Assembly (NCBI GenBank): GCA_965249555.1
Contig: OZ252243.1
Coordinates: forward strand, 2,016,001-2,080,000
Direction of reading: 5' to 3'
DNA: 64,000 nucleotides
Source of the DNA: Nitrosopumilus sp.
Lineage (GTDB): Archaea > Thermoproteota > Nitrososphaeria > Nitrososphaerales > Nitrosopumilaceae
Part shown: piece by piece, positions 10,155 to 20,842 of the stretch
How positions within the stretch are numbered: position 1 is the first letter of the stretch
Layout: every line of letters starts with the position of its first letter
Translations under genes and position numbers: made by a program
Notes under the pieces: generated by a model
The model's database searches: none
What the model was told of the DNA's origin: nothing
The model's input: only the letters and a program-made list of their open reading frames with translations

Positions 10155-10197
10155 CTGTAGTTCAAAATTATAAAACACATCTAAAATCAGATACCAA

Positions 10198-10460
10198 TTA
10201 AAAAGAATCTTTGGATTTACGCCTATTAGATAAATTGAAAAGGTTTGCACCTGTAATAAATTTCTCAATTCCTGCATCTTTGAGTCTACTTTCAATCAAA
10301 GAATATGCTCTTTTAGCCACATCACAACCTAACCATCTCCTACCCAATCTTTCTGCCGCTAAACAGGCAGTGGCACAACCGCAAAAAGGATCAAACACAG
10401 TTTCACCAACATCACTACTACTTTCAATTACTCTCTCTAGTAATGCAAGAGGTTTTTGTG
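10198..10460 (-). pseudogene. C-terminal fragment of an N4/N6 DNA methyltransferase
   Basis: QKPLALLERVIESSSDVGETVFDPFCGCATACLAAERLGRRWLGCD (SAM-binding motif I); N-terminal part absent. Confidence 0.85.
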
Positions 10461-10490
10461 ATCCCTATAACTTCACTGCACCTCAGACAA

Positions 10491-13139
10491 ATGTTTAAAT
10501 CTAATGTTTTTTACCAAAGATGCGTGTCCAAAGTGATACAGGGTATTTTCTCATTACTGATAATTTCTATAGCTGTCTTCTCAACTGATTATGCCTTTGC
10601 TGACGAAGTCATAGAAGAGCCTAAACGACCAATAATTAATACATTTGAAGTTTATGTTAGTGATAGTTTTTTTATTGAACCTGTAATACCTAAACAACCA
10701 GTAATTAATACAGACCATACTAGTGTTGCACCAGTTGTCAGTGGCACTTCCTACATATTGACATCTATATCCTTCATGCCACTAGTACCGGGTACATTTA
10801 CATTTGCATATCTCGATACCCAAGCCACATTTCTTGCTTATGAGAGCGATGTAGGTAAAATAAATGAATTCTTGATTCAAGCTAATTATGATCTTATAAA
10901 TTATGTTACCATTTCATATGACGGTGTTGTAGTTCAGGAGAAGTATATAGATCGTGGAATTGGTTCAGGACAAGTCACTTCAACAAGTATTGCACTTGAA
11001 TGGGATGTAGTAGATAATGCCGTAGGATATACGTTATACAAATTGGAGTTTATGCAATCAGACCAACAGGAGGTAGTAGTTCCAGGTACGAGTTTCTTAG
11101 TAAAAACTAGTGATACATCATTTACTGATACTGGTCTAAACCCAGACACAACTTACTTTTACATTGTAGAATCATATACTATTGATAATGTAAAGAATCA
11201 CAGAACATTACAGGTAACCACGGCATCTGCAGATTTTGATACCTGGCAAGCTCCAACTGCAACCCCGTCACTTTTAACAGTTGTAAGAAATGCTGATGAT
11301 TCCATCACGTTAAATTGGGATGCCTGGGAAGATGATGGTGTTGTAGAATTTACCAGTTTTATTGTTGAAATTGAAAGTTCAACTAAACACAATCGTATCA
11401 TCTTAGATGATCAAATACCCACTACTGTTACCAGTTTTACCATTTCTACTAATCATGAACATTTTGATGATGTGAATAATAGTGACAGAATTTTTGTACT
11501 TGCTGGTGATGATTTCTATAATTATATTTTGGCTGCCCCAGTGCCAGACCAAGTAGACCCAAGAACATTACAAGTACCGCCTGTTGAAAATGTAGTTGAA
11601 AATGAAAACATTGTTGAAATCGCATCAGTAATTAATACAGACCATACTAGTGTTGCACCAGTTGTCAGTGGCGGTTCCTACATATTGACATCTATATCCT
11701 TCATGCCACTAGTACCGGGTACATTTACATTTGCATATCTCGATACCCAAGCCACATTTCTTGCTTATGAGAGCGATGTAGGTGAAATAAATGAATTCTT
11801 GATTCAAGCTAATTATGATCTTATAAATTATGTTACCATTTCATATGACGGTGTTGTAGTTCAGGAGAAGTATATAGATCATGGAATTGGTTCAGGACAA
11901 GTCACTTCAACAAGTATTGCACTTGAATGGGATGTAGTAGATAATGCCGTAGGATATACGTTATACAAATTGGAGTTTATGCAATCAGACCAACAGAAGG
12001 TAGTTCCAGGTACGAGTTTCTTAGTAAAAACTAGTGATACATCATTTACTGATACTGGTCTAAACCCAGACACAACTTACTTTTACATTGTAGAATCATA
12101 TACTATTGATAATGTAAAGAATCACAGAACATTAAAGGTAACCACGGCATCTGCAGATTCTGATACCTGGCAAGCTCCAACTGCAACCCCGTCACTTTTA
12201 ACAGTTGTAAGAAATGCTGATGATTCCATCACGTTAAATTGGGATGCCTGGGAAGATGATGGTGTTGTAGAATTTACCAGTTTTATTGTTGAAATTGAAA
12301 GTTCAACTAAACACAATCGTATCATCTTAGATGATCAAATACCCACTACTGTTACCAGTTTTACCATTTCTACTAATCATGAACATTTTGATGATGTGAA
12401 TAATAGTGACAGAATTTTTGTACTTACTGCTGATGGTTTCTATAATTATATTTTGGCTGCCCCAGTGCCAGACCAAGTAGACCCAAGAACATTACAAGTA
12501 CCGCCGGTACTACCTGCCCCCTCAAAACCTCAAACCCTAGTAGCATCTGCTAATCACAACTCTGTAACTTTATCTTGGAATGAATCCAATGATGATACAA
12601 TTACAGGCTACAAGATATTATGCCGAACCCCTGCAACTGAATCCAGTCTCAAAACCTGTATTGAAAATACCGAAACAGTCAGTAACAGTTACACTGTTGA
12701 TGATTTAAAATCCGATACGGTCTATGTCTTTCGCGTAATTGCACTTAACGAGTCCGAAGAATCACCACGCTCCAATTTTGTTAAATTATCAACTGTTAGC
12801 GAACCCGTACCTTCCAACTCTGTTAAACCCCCAACTATTACTAGCGAACCTCCATCAAAACCTCAAAACTTGGAAGCATCTGCTAATAATAATACAGTAA
12901 AATTATCCTGGACTGATCCACAAGATTCGACCATAGATGGTTACAACATCTTGTGTAAAGAGCGTGGTACCAAAGACTTGGCAGTATGTAATACCTATAC
13001 TCTAAGTGATGACTCGCCAAGGGATTCATTTACTATCGAGTCATTAGATGATGGCAAATATGTCTACAGAGTAGTTGCATTTAATGAAGCAGGAGATAGC
13101 AAACGATCCAACTACGTACGAGTCAATATCGGCCAGTAA
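10491..13139 (+). CDS. secreted/surface fibronectin type III repeat protein
   Basis: Hydrophobic signal-like segment ending AFA; FN3 motifs (LEW...Y...GLNPDTTY, LSW...GYKI...YVFRVIALN); start uncertain. Confidence 0.88.
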   Translation: MFKSNVFYQRCVSKVIQGIFSLLIISIAVFSTDYAFADEVIEEPKRPIINTFEVYVSDSFFIEPVIPKQPVINTDHTSVAPVVSGTSYILTSISFMPLVPGTFTFAYLDTQATFLAYESDVGKINEFLIQANYDLINYVTISYDGVVVQEKYIDRGIGSGQVTSTSIALEWDVVDNAVGYTLYKLEFMQSDQQEVVVPGTSFLVKTSDTSFTDTGLNPDTTYFYIVESYTIDNVKNHRTLQVTTASADFDTWQAPTATPSLLTVVRNADDSITLNWDAWEDDGVVEFTSFIVEIESSTKHNRIILDDQIPTTVTSFTISTNHEHFDDVNNSDRIFVLAGDDFYNYILAAPVPDQVDPRTLQVPPVENVVENENIVEIASVINTDHTSVAPVVSGGSYILTSISFMPLVPGTFTFAYLDTQATFLAYESDVGEINEFLIQANYDLINYVTISYDGVVVQEKYIDHGIGSGQVTSTSIALEWDVVDNAVGYTLYKLEFMQSDQQKVVPGTSFLVKTSDTSFTDTGLNPDTTYFYIVESYTIDNVKNHRTLKVTTASADSDTWQAPTATPSLLTVVRNADDSITLNWDAWEDDGVVEFTSFIVEIESSTKHNRIILDDQIPTTVTSFTISTNHEHFDDVNNSDRIFVLTADGFYNYILAAPVPDQVDPRTLQVPPVLPAPSKPQTLVASANHNSVTLSWNESNDDTITGYKILCRTPATESSLKTCIENTETVSNSYTVDDLKSDTVYVFRVIALNESEESPRSNFVKLSTVSEPVPSNSVKPPTITSEPPSKPQNLEASANNNTVKLSWTDPQDSTIDGYNILCKERGTKDLAVCNTYTLSDDSPRDSFTIESLDDGKYVYRVVAFNEAGDSKRSNYVRVNIGQ
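10699..12505 (+). repeat. near-identical intragenic duplication (10699-11581 and 11626-12505)
   Basis: About 880-bp units with a few substitutions and one 3-nt indel. Confidence 0.95.
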
Positions 13140-13239
13140 TCAGCGACTTTTATTTTAACGGGAATTTGATACATGTCAGTGTCTGATCATTCAAATATTA
13201 TTTTTACATAATGATAAAACACACAAAATGATAAAGCTT

Positions 13240-13347
13240 GGGAAAAAGTCTTTAGAGGTCTAAAAAAGATGGGCACTCCAATACTAGATGGAATGAGGGT
13301 CTATTACAATTTCACCAAAAAGCATGGCTCACTCAAAGGAAAGACCT
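13240..13347 (+). pseudogene. DDE (IS6-like) transposase C-terminal remnant
   Basis: Translates EKVFRGLKKMGTPILDGMRVYYNFTKKHGSLKGKT. Confidence 0.6.
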
Positions 13348-13602
13348 CTATCCATTGCAGAGAGAATCATTTCACTTGACCAGAAACTACGAAGAGAGTA
13401 TCTCAAGGTTTTGAGTCGTTCCCCAAAATCATCGCATCTCAAGTTGCTCAAGAAAGCAAAGAGTGGATTACTCCAACAGAGAGTTGTTATTTTGTTAAAC
13501 AAGGGCAATGCCCAAAAACTGCGTAGTTTGGCTGTGAAGAAAGATGTAGAAGTTGTAGAGATGGCAGATAAGATATTGTCTGATTATTTGAAGAGAAGAT
13601 AG
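13324..13602 (+). CDS. hypothetical protein
   Basis: 92-aa basic ORF; 5' end overlaps the transposase remnant, so the true start is uncertain. Confidence 0.45.
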   Translation: MAHSKERPLSIAERIISLDQKLRREYLKVLSRSPKSSHLKLLKKAKSGLLQQRVVILLNKGNAQKLRSLAVKKDVEVVEMADKILSDYLKRR

Positions 13603-13751
13603 AATTAGGTGTAAAATAATGTTAAGAAGATTATCGTTTTTTATCAAAACCCCCAAGTAATTACATAATAACTCAATAAAATATCATATGAGGGTCATTT
13701 TTCCATGAATACTTTCTAAGAATTGTTAAACACTTCTAATTCAACAGTTAG

Positions 13752-13955
13752 ATGTTGTCAGAAATACTTTTTGAAAAATTATTAGAACAGCGAGATTTCT
13801 ATCTGAACACCCTGAAACATCGCAGATTTCAATTAATAACGGATCCATCTAAAAAGGAACTTGAGGATATTAAAATAATGCAAACAAAAACAATTGAACA
13901 GTTAAAAAAAGTGGAACAAGAACTTGCATTTCTTTCATCTAAAAAATCACATTAG
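13752..13955 (+). CDS. hypothetical coiled-coil protein
   Basis: 67-aa ORF. Confidence 0.65.
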   Translation: MLSEILFEKLLEQRDFYLNTLKHRRFQLITDPSKKELEDIKIMQTKTIEQLKKVEQELAFLSSKKSH

Positions 13956-13996
13956 AGGGCAATGAGTTTATCAAACCCATTCATTTTACAGAATTT

Positions 13997-14824
13997 ATGC
14001 TTGACGAACTTGTCAAAAATCTAGTTATAGTAAAACAAGATTTTGCAAAAAATTATACTGGGAGTGCTCACATTCAAGAAGTAATACCTGTTTCAGTTTC
14101 TAAACAATTTCCTATAGATGAACACCATTTGGAAATGCTTCATGATTTTGCTCAAAAAAATCCAATATACTATAATTCATTTGAAGAAAAAATTGCAGAA
14201 ATTCCATGTATTGTATATGAGGGTGATATCAACGAGTATTGGTTAAATAGCATAAAACATGGTTCTAGTTGCCAACCATTTTACCCTACATGGATAATGT
14301 CTGCTTATGTGATGGCTTTTATTGCAAAAAAATTAAGATATAACGAATTAGTAGACATTGGTTCTGGAGATGGACGAATTGCATTTTGTGGAAAAATATT
14401 GGGATTGATCTCACACAGTATTGAAATTGATGATGTATTGGTAAAATTACAAGAAACAATTAGTAAATCTACAAATCAAAACTTTAATCCAAAATGTAAG
14501 GATGCATTAGAGTTTGATTATTCACAACTTCAATTAATACATCCTGTATTTTTTATTGGAGGCCTGTCTCAAATGGGTGGAGATATTTTGGCAACCAATA
14601 TTATTGATAAAATAAATTGTATTTCTAATCTATCACAAAATACTGGATTAGTATTTGCTGGAAGTAATTCCAAAAGACAATTATCAAGTAACTTGGATAA
14701 TGGTGGGTGGAGCTCAATTATTGAAAAACATAATTTGAATATAGTGGATACAGTTTCATTGCCAACTATTTGGACTTTTGATCAAACAATTGAAACTCCA
14801 TATATTTTCACAAAATTCAATTAA
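13997..14824 (+). CDS. SAM-dependent methyltransferase-like protein
   Basis: LVDIGSGDGRI motif. Confidence 0.75.
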   Translation: MLDELVKNLVIVKQDFAKNYTGSAHIQEVIPVSVSKQFPIDEHHLEMLHDFAQKNPIYYNSFEEKIAEIPCIVYEGDINEYWLNSIKHGSSCQPFYPTWIMSAYVMAFIAKKLRYNELVDIGSGDGRIAFCGKILGLISHSIEIDDVLVKLQETISKSTNQNFNPKCKDALEFDYSQLQLIHPVFFIGGLSQMGGDILATNIIDKINCISNLSQNTGLVFAGSNSKRQLSSNLDNGGWSSIIEKHNLNIVDTVSLPTIWTFDQTIETPYIFTKFN

Positions 14825-15125
14825 CATAAAAAAAATAATTTTCATCCAAAATACCACATTTTGAAATTTTAACTATCTGACCTATCTTGGGAATTTGTAA
14901 AATTTTTGCCATCACTTTAATAGTATTTTCAAACTCTACTATGCAAAAATATTCCTTATTTTGCTTCGAAAATTCGATTATTTTGCCTTGAAAATCTCCT
15001 TTTCTTAGAGATATTAATCCAAAACAATGACTACAAAATTCCACAGGTGGCCACACAATTTTCTTGCAAACTGTACATTCAGGAATACAGAATTTCCCTT
15101 GTAATAATTCAGACTCAAAACTCAT
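14817..15125 (-). CDS. DUF35-like Zn-ribbon/OB-fold protein
   Basis: CTVC...PP..CSHC; adjacent to the thiolase gene. Confidence 0.85.
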   Translation of the reverse strand: MSFESELLQGKFCIPECTVCKKIVWPPVEFCSHCFGLISLRKGDFQGKIIEFSKQNKEYFCIVEFENTIKVMAKILQIPKIGQIVKISKCGILDENYFFYVN

Positions 15126-16231
15126 TTTTCTAAAACCAACACTGTTGAAGATGTAGCTGCTGCAGACATATTGTGAACCAATCCTACATCAGCATTGTCA
15201 ACTTGCCTTGTATCTGCATTTGATTGAAGTTGTTGTGTAATTTCTATAGTCTGAGCTATACCTGTTGCACCAAGTGGATGCCCTGATCCAATCAATCCAC
15301 CTCTAGGATTTATTTTAAAATCATTTGTATCATAAAGTTCTTTAACCATATTAGTTCCATTACCTGATTCAGAAAAACCCAAGGATTCTAATGCCATTGG
15401 TTCACAAACAGAAAATGCATCATGTACTTCTGCAACATCAATATCTTCTATGTTCTGATTTGCCATTTTTAATGCGGCATATCTTGCTATTTTAGTTGAT
15501 TCCATTGAACTAAACGAAGTATTTTTTGTGAATCCTGCCGAAATTGTTTTTTGACCAATACCTGTAATCCATATTGGTTCATCAGTAATCTTCTTAACTA
15601 TTTCTTCAGATGCCAAAAGAATAGATGCGCTACCCGTGCAAGGTCTTGAACAATCCAATAGTTTTAGATCGTCTGTCAATTTTTTAGAATTCATTACATC
15701 TTGTATTGTGAAAGTTTTGTTTGATAGTGCATTGGGGTTTTCTTTAGCTTGTTTATGATTCTTTACTGAAACTAGTGATATCTGTTCATCTGAAATTGAA
15801 AATTCACGTTTATATGATTTAGTAAAAATAGATGCCCAAAATATTGGATGCTTGAATTCCCCTCTAGAATTATCCCATTCTAAGATTTGACCAGGACTGT
15901 CATATCTTTCAGCACCATTAATGAGAACCACATTTGCAAGACCTGACGCAATATAGGAATATGCTGAAACTATTGAATTTGTGCCTGAATTACATAGACT
16001 TTCTATAGAATGAGCTATTTTTGGCTGAATTCCAGCCATTTCTGATAAAATCGCTGCAAGATATTTTGAATTATTGTTTGTAGAAACTAACACAGCATCA
16101 ATATCATTTCTGTTAATTTTTGGGTTAGTTTCAAAGAGTTTTTTTGTAGATTTGAGTAAAACAGATTCTATTTTTTGATCATCTTTTGTAAATGGGGTGA
16201 TTCCATATGCTGCTATTCCTACTTTAATCAT
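15122..16231 (-). CDS. thiolase-family protein
   Basis: AEVHDAF, INPRGGLIGSGHPLGATG motifs. Confidence 0.93.
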   Translation of the reverse strand: MIKVGIAAYGITPFTKDDQKIESVLLKSTKKLFETNPKINRNDIDAVLVSTNNNSKYLAAILSEMAGIQPKIAHSIESLCNSGTNSIVSAYSYIASGLANVVLINGAERYDSPGQILEWDNSRGEFKHPIFWASIFTKSYKREFSISDEQISLVSVKNHKQAKENPNALSNKTFTIQDVMNSKKLTDDLKLLDCSRPCTGSASILLASEEIVKKITDEPIWITGIGQKTISAGFTKNTSFSSMESTKIARYAALKMANQNIEDIDVAEVHDAFSVCEPMALESLGFSESGNGTNMVKELYDTNDFKINPRGGLIGSGHPLGATGIAQTIEITQQLQSNADTRQVDNADVGLVHNMSAAATSSTVLVLEK

Positions 16232-16232
16232 G

Positions 16233-17198
16233 TCACTCCTCCAGAAATGTTTTCTTTAATAATTCAAAAGATTCAGATACATCTCCTACCGGATTAAATT
16301 GAATTATTGGTAAATTAATTCCTGTTTCAGAAAAATTCTGAAGTTGTTTTTTACATTCTTCAGAAGTACCAACAATACAAAGTGATTGTAACATTGAATC
16401 TGTAACAAATTTGTAATTTGATTTTAATCCTGATTTTTTAAATTCGTCAAATATGTTAAATGTTTCATTTTTAAATCCATTTTTTGCTAAAAATTCTCTA
16501 TACACTTTCCCCACAGATATATAAAATGCCAATGTTTTTTTAGCACGTTCAATTGCAATATCTGAATCCTCTGCAACACAAGTAATTATCTGACAAGTGA
16601 CGTCAATTTTTTTCTTTGATTGCATTTTTGTTATTGTTTCTTTCATTTCATTTATTGGTCTTAGATAAAAAATTACACCATCCCCAATATCCAATGCTAA
16701 TTCAACCATTTTTTGATTAACAGCTGCTAAATAAATTGGAATTGATTCTCTTTTAGGTTTTATCAACAACATAAAATTATTTAAATTGAAAATATCTCCA
16801 GCGTAATTTACTTTTTTCCCAGATAGTACCAATCTTATTATTTCAACGTATTCTCTCATTCGTTGTACTGGTTTTTCAAATTTGTAACCATGAAAAGTTT
16901 CAACTACCGGTAAACTACTTGTTCCAAGACCTAGAATTAACCGTCCATCAGACAAAGTATCTACAGTAGCTGCACCCATTGCAATTACAGACGGACTTCT
17001 TGAATAGATGTTGATAATAGACGAGCCTATTTTTTGGGTTCTTGTCTTGTTAGACACAGCACTTAGCATTGAAAAATTCTCCATTCCCCATGTTTCAGGT
17101 ATCCAAATAGTGTCAACGTTAGTTTTAGACAGGATTTCTGAACATCCTAGAACCTGATTTACTGACAGTAATGAGCCTAGACTATATGCAATTCGCAT
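16233..17198 (-). CDS. LLM-class (luciferase-like, F420/flavin) oxidoreductase
   Basis: WIPE, ATVDTLSDGRLILGLG and IPIYLAA motifs. Confidence 0.9.
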   Translation of the reverse strand: MRIAYSLGSLLSVNQVLGCSEILSKTNVDTIWIPETWGMENFSMLSAVSNKTRTQKIGSSIINIYSRSPSVIAMGAATVDTLSDGRLILGLGTSSLPVVETFHGYKFEKPVQRMREYVEIIRLVLSGKKVNYAGDIFNLNNFMLLIKPKRESIPIYLAAVNQKMVELALDIGDGVIFYLRPINEMKETITKMQSKKKIDVTCQIITCVAEDSDIAIERAKKTLAFYISVGKVYREFLAKNGFKNETFNIFDEFKKSGLKSNYKFVTDSMLQSLCIVGTSEECKKQLQNFSETGINLPIIQFNPVGDVSESFELLKKTFLEE

Positions 17199-17253
17199 GA
17201 AAATTGTACGTACATTGGATATTTAGCGTATCTGTTTTACTAATGGGTTAATT

Positions 17254-17445
17254 TTGATTGAGGTGGAGTATTATCCGATCAAATACCAATCACAAACATT
17301 GAGTGAACAGACTTTTATTGAAAAACCATACAGGGGGGAAACCTTTTGGAATAATGCTACACAATACACCCTATCTAGCAAAGATGAATCCTTTGTAGAA
17401 GAAGTAGCATACATGATGGTTACATTGCACAGAACAGGTGCATAA
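17254..17445 (+). CDS. hypothetical protein
   Basis: 63-aa ORF filling an intergenic gap. Confidence 0.45.
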   Translation: MIEVEYYPIKYQSQTLSEQTFIEKPYRGETFWNNATQYTLSSKDESFVEEVAYMMVTLHRTGA

Positions 17446-17457
17446 GACTCAAATTTT

Positions 17458-18126
17458 TTATTTTATTATTTTTTCTATTTCTAGTGAACCCTCTTCAATA
17501 TCTTTGATAGAGTCTATCGAATACCATTTTATCTTTTTAAATTTGATTGTATTGAGTTTACCTTTTTTTGCATAACTTGGAAAAAGTGTTTTTTCTATAT
17601 CTCCTTTATTTGGTAAATCTTTGAGTGTTTCTTTTTGAAGATAATAAATTCCTGCATTCATCCACAAATCTGAAATCTCTTTTTTTTCTCTAAATTTTGA
17701 TATTTTATTTCCATTCGTTTCTAACGTGCCAAATTTAGTTCGTAATTCAATTGATGCTATAGAATTTGGTTTTTTGGAGAGTTTTCTTAAATCAATATTT
17801 GTAATTACATCCCCATTAATTACAAAAAATGATTCATCTTTAATCATTTTTCCTGCTTTTTTAATTGCACCTCCTGTACCTAATGGCAATTTTTCAATTG
17901 AGAATTTTATTTTAATTCCAATATTTTTCATAGATAAATAATTTTCAATCATTTTTGTTTTGTAACCTGTACAGATAATTACTTCATTAATCCCATATTT
18001 TTTTAGATATTTTATCTGCCATTCAATAATTGGTGTGTTTTTTATTGGAATGAGAGGTTTTGGAACATAATCTGTAATTGGGCTTAATCTTTTACCTCGT
18101 CCACCTGCTAAAATTATTGCTTTCAA
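17458..18126 (-). CDS. sugar-phosphate nucleotidyltransferase
   Basis: KAIILAGGRGKRL.P.T...PKPL, LGTGGA and VINGD motifs. Confidence 0.93.
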   Translation of the reverse strand: MKAIILAGGRGKRLSPITDYVPKPLIPIKNTPIIEWQIKYLKKYGINEVIICTGYKTKMIENYLSMKNIGIKIKFSIEKLPLGTGGAIKKAGKMIKDESFFVINGDVITNIDLRKLSKKPNSIASIELRTKFGTLETNGNKISKFREKKEISDLWMNAGIYYLQKETLKDLPNKGDIEKTLFPSYAKKGKLNTIKFKKIKWYSIDSIKDIEEGSLEIEKIIK

Positions 18127-18197
18127 CTATAATTCTCTAATTTTTGGAGTATATGAAAATTTTCAAAGTTAGTAGATATTGAATAAAATTTCATCAA

Positions 18198-18446
18198 TTA
18201 ATTGTTCTTTGATTGTGGTTGTTTTATTTCGTTAGCATTAACTACATCATCCATTTTTTGTGAAAACTCGTTATAGATCTTTTCAAGATCTTTTAGAGGT
18301 AGTTCAATTCCCAAAAGTTTCATGATTTTCTTCCAAGATTCTATGTATTTTTTGTCATCAAGACCTTTTCCCAATGTTTCAGCTACTGAATTGACTCCTT
18401 CTGTTTTACCTAAGGCATAAATTGCAATTTCTCTGTCAGTTAACAT
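18198..18446 (-). CDS. hypothetical protein
   Basis: 82-aa ORF. Confidence 0.7.
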   Translation of the reverse strand: MLTDREIAIYALGKTEGVNSVAETLGKGLDDKKYIESWKKIMKLLGIELPLKDLEKIYNEFSQKMDDVVNANEIKQPQSKNN

Positions 18447-18586
18447 ATTCTCATTCTTTTTCGGTCAAATAGTAATGTAATTCTGTATAACACCCTACAC
18501 AATATTCTTTAAAATCCGTATGGTCACAATCATAAACTTTCTTTACATCATTATTGCATTTGACACAAGTAGTCAATGTAACTCAT

Positions 18587-18979
18587 TTAGGATTTTTTGA
18601 TTTTAAGTATACCTAACCCGATTTGTATTAATCCTGCAATAATTATTGGCATAGTTTCAGAAAGTACATCTTTTCCAGTTTCTTCTGCTTTTACAGGATC
18701 TGCATTTCCAATAACAACAGCTCCTCCAGTAATGATCAATATACCTGAAATGATTATTAAAATCCCAAGACCTTTTGATGGCTCTTTTCTTGAAATAAAA
18801 TATGCGACAATTGGCAATATCATTGCTGGAAGACCCAGTCCCATGCCTCTTGTTTTATGATCAAATGGGATGAAACCCTCTCCATTATCTGAAGTATATC
18901 CTATTGCAAGATCTGCTGCATAAATTAAAAGTAAAACGATTGCGATACCAGTAATTAACAAAGCTGCAGTTATAGCCAT
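18587..18979 (-). CDS. membrane protein
   Basis: Four hydrophobic segments. Confidence 0.75.
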   Translation of the reverse strand: MAITAALLITGIAIVLLLIYAADLAIGYTSDNGEGFIPFDHKTRGMGLGLPAMILPIVAYFISRKEPSKGLGILIIISGILIITGGAVVIGNADPVKAEETGKDVLSETMPIIIAGLIQIGLGILKIKKS

Positions 18980-19013
18980 ACTAAATCAAAATTTTAACAA
19001 TTAATAAACCTAA

Positions 19014-20159
19014 TCAGGCTGACAAAACAACTGTTTTTTCTTTTAGTGTCTCTAATTTCTCTAAAAGCTGTTCAGTTGATTCTCCTTTTGTTCCAACTAG
19101 ATTGAAATGTCCTAGTTTTCTTAATGGTTTTGATATTTTTTTACCATACATTTTCAAAAATAAATTTTCATTTGAAATATCAAGTGATTGGTATTCACCT
19201 TCAAATTCTTTTGTTCCTAAAATATTGTACATTATAGTATTGTGCATTAGTTTAGTACTGCCAAGTTCTAAACCCAAAATTGCTCTGAGATGTTGCTCAA
19301 ACTGAGATGTCTCACTTGATTGTAATGTGTGATGACCAGAATTGTGAACTCTAGGTGCAATTTCATTAATTACAATATTGTTATCCGGAGTTACAAACAT
19401 TTCTATTCCAAATGTACCGGCCCCTTTAAGGACAATCATTATTTTTTCTGCAATTTGTTCAGCTTTTTGTCTAACTTCATGTGTAACTCTAGCAGGAGCT
19501 ATTGTTTCACGTAGAATATGTTCTTCATGAATATTTTCAACTAGTGGATATGTTTTGATTTGACCTTTAGTGTTTCGTGATGCAATTACTGATACTTCCA
19601 TTTTAAATGAAATAAATTTCTCCAACAACAGATTTTGTCCTTTAAAATAATCAAATGCTTCCTGAATTTCATTTTCTGAATTAATTTTAAAATTACCTCT
19701 ACCATCATATGCATCTCTTCTTGCTTTCAGTAATACAGGGAATCCAAAATTTTTTACACAATCTTTAATATCGTCAATTTTTTCTATTTTAATAAATTCG
19801 GGAATAGGAATGTTATTTTCTAACAGGAAAGATTTTTGTAAAAACTTGTCTTGAATGATTCTTAATGTTTCTGGGGAGGGGTTTACCTCTGCATTTTTTT
19901 CAACAGATTTTAGAACATCACTGTCACCAGACTCAATCTCATAAGTAATAATATCCGATTTATTTGCTAAATCTATAATTGCATCTTTATCTTTAAAATC
20001 AGCTACTATTTGTTCAGCACCAACTTGTGCAGCAGGACAGTTTTCAGTTGGATCTAATACTATAATTTTTGATATGTGTTCTGGCATTTTCTGTGCCGCC
20101 TCTGTAATCATCATTCCAAGTTGCCCGCCACCAATAATTCCAAGGATCTTTGCCATCAC
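19014..20159 (-). CDS. purK: N5-CAIR synthase
   Basis: GIIGGGQLG, YDGRG and EIAPRVHNSGH motifs. Confidence 0.97.
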   Translation of the reverse strand: MMAKILGIIGGGQLGMMITEAAQKMPEHISKIIVLDPTENCPAAQVGAEQIVADFKDKDAIIDLANKSDIITYEIESGDSDVLKSVEKNAEVNPSPETLRIIQDKFLQKSFLLENNIPIPEFIKIEKIDDIKDCVKNFGFPVLLKARRDAYDGRGNFKINSENEIQEAFDYFKGQNLLLEKFISFKMEVSVIASRNTKGQIKTYPLVENIHEEHILRETIAPARVTHEVRQKAEQIAEKIMIVLKGAGTFGIEMFVTPDNNIVINEIAPRVHNSGHHTLQSSETSQFEQHLRAILGLELGSTKLMHNTIMYNILGTKEFEGEYQSLDISNENLFLKMYGKKISKPLRKLGHFNLVGTKGESTEQLLEKLETLKEKTVVLSA

Positions 20160-20265
20160 ACCAATCAGTATTCATGGACTAAAAATAGCTAATGTTGATT
20201 TGAACAATTTTGTGAGATTTGTTGTAACAGTTATCGTTAATTACTCTCTAGTTTTTTCTAATATT

Positions 20266-20841
20266 GTGGTATATTCAAAAAAACCATTAGTTGGAATCAT
20301 TATGGGATCTAGTTCAGATAGCAGAATTATGCAAGGCGCATCTGAAATCTTAGATGAATTTGAAATCAAACATGAAGACCAAATTGTTTCTGCACATAGA
20401 ACTCCAGCCAGATTAACTGAATATGCAAAACATGCTGAAAAAATGGGATTTAAAATGATCATAGCAGGTGCTGGCGGTGCAGCACACTTGCCTGGGATGA
20501 TTGCTTCACATACAATTATTCCCGTTATAGGAGTGCCTATACTAGTTTACAATGACAAACACACAAAAAAAACTGACACTTCAAAATTTTCTGCATTTGG
20601 GGGATTGGATTCATTATTATCAATTACAGAGATGCCATCAGGATCTCCAGTTGTATCTGTAGGGATTAACAAAGCAGGTAATGCAGGAATTTACGCGATA
20701 AAAATTCTTGCAAATGAATTTCCAGATTTAAAAAAGAAACTAAAACAACACAAATCTGATCAACATAACTCAGTCATGAAAGAATCAGAGCAGTTAAAGA
20801 AAGAAGGTCTTTCAAAATTTGCTAAAAAAAAATTCAAGTAA
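20266..20841 (+). CDS. purE: N5-CAIR mutase
   Basis: GIIMGS.SD, SAHRTP and AGAGGAAHLPGM motifs; GTG start inferred. Confidence 0.96.
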   Translation: MVYSKKPLVGIIMGSSSDSRIMQGASEILDEFEIKHEDQIVSAHRTPARLTEYAKHAEKMGFKMIIAGAGGAAHLPGMIASHTIIPVIGVPILVYNDKHTKKTDTSKFSAFGGLDSLLSITEMPSGSPVVSVGINKAGNAGIYAIKILANEFPDLKKKLKQHKSDQHNSVMKESEQLKKEGLSKFAKKKFK

Positions 20842-20842
20842 T

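Noticed and set aside
10699-12505. Diversity-generating retroelement TR/VR pair
   Set aside because: No reverse transcriptase; the repeats are whole in-frame modules, and the differences are not confined to adenines.
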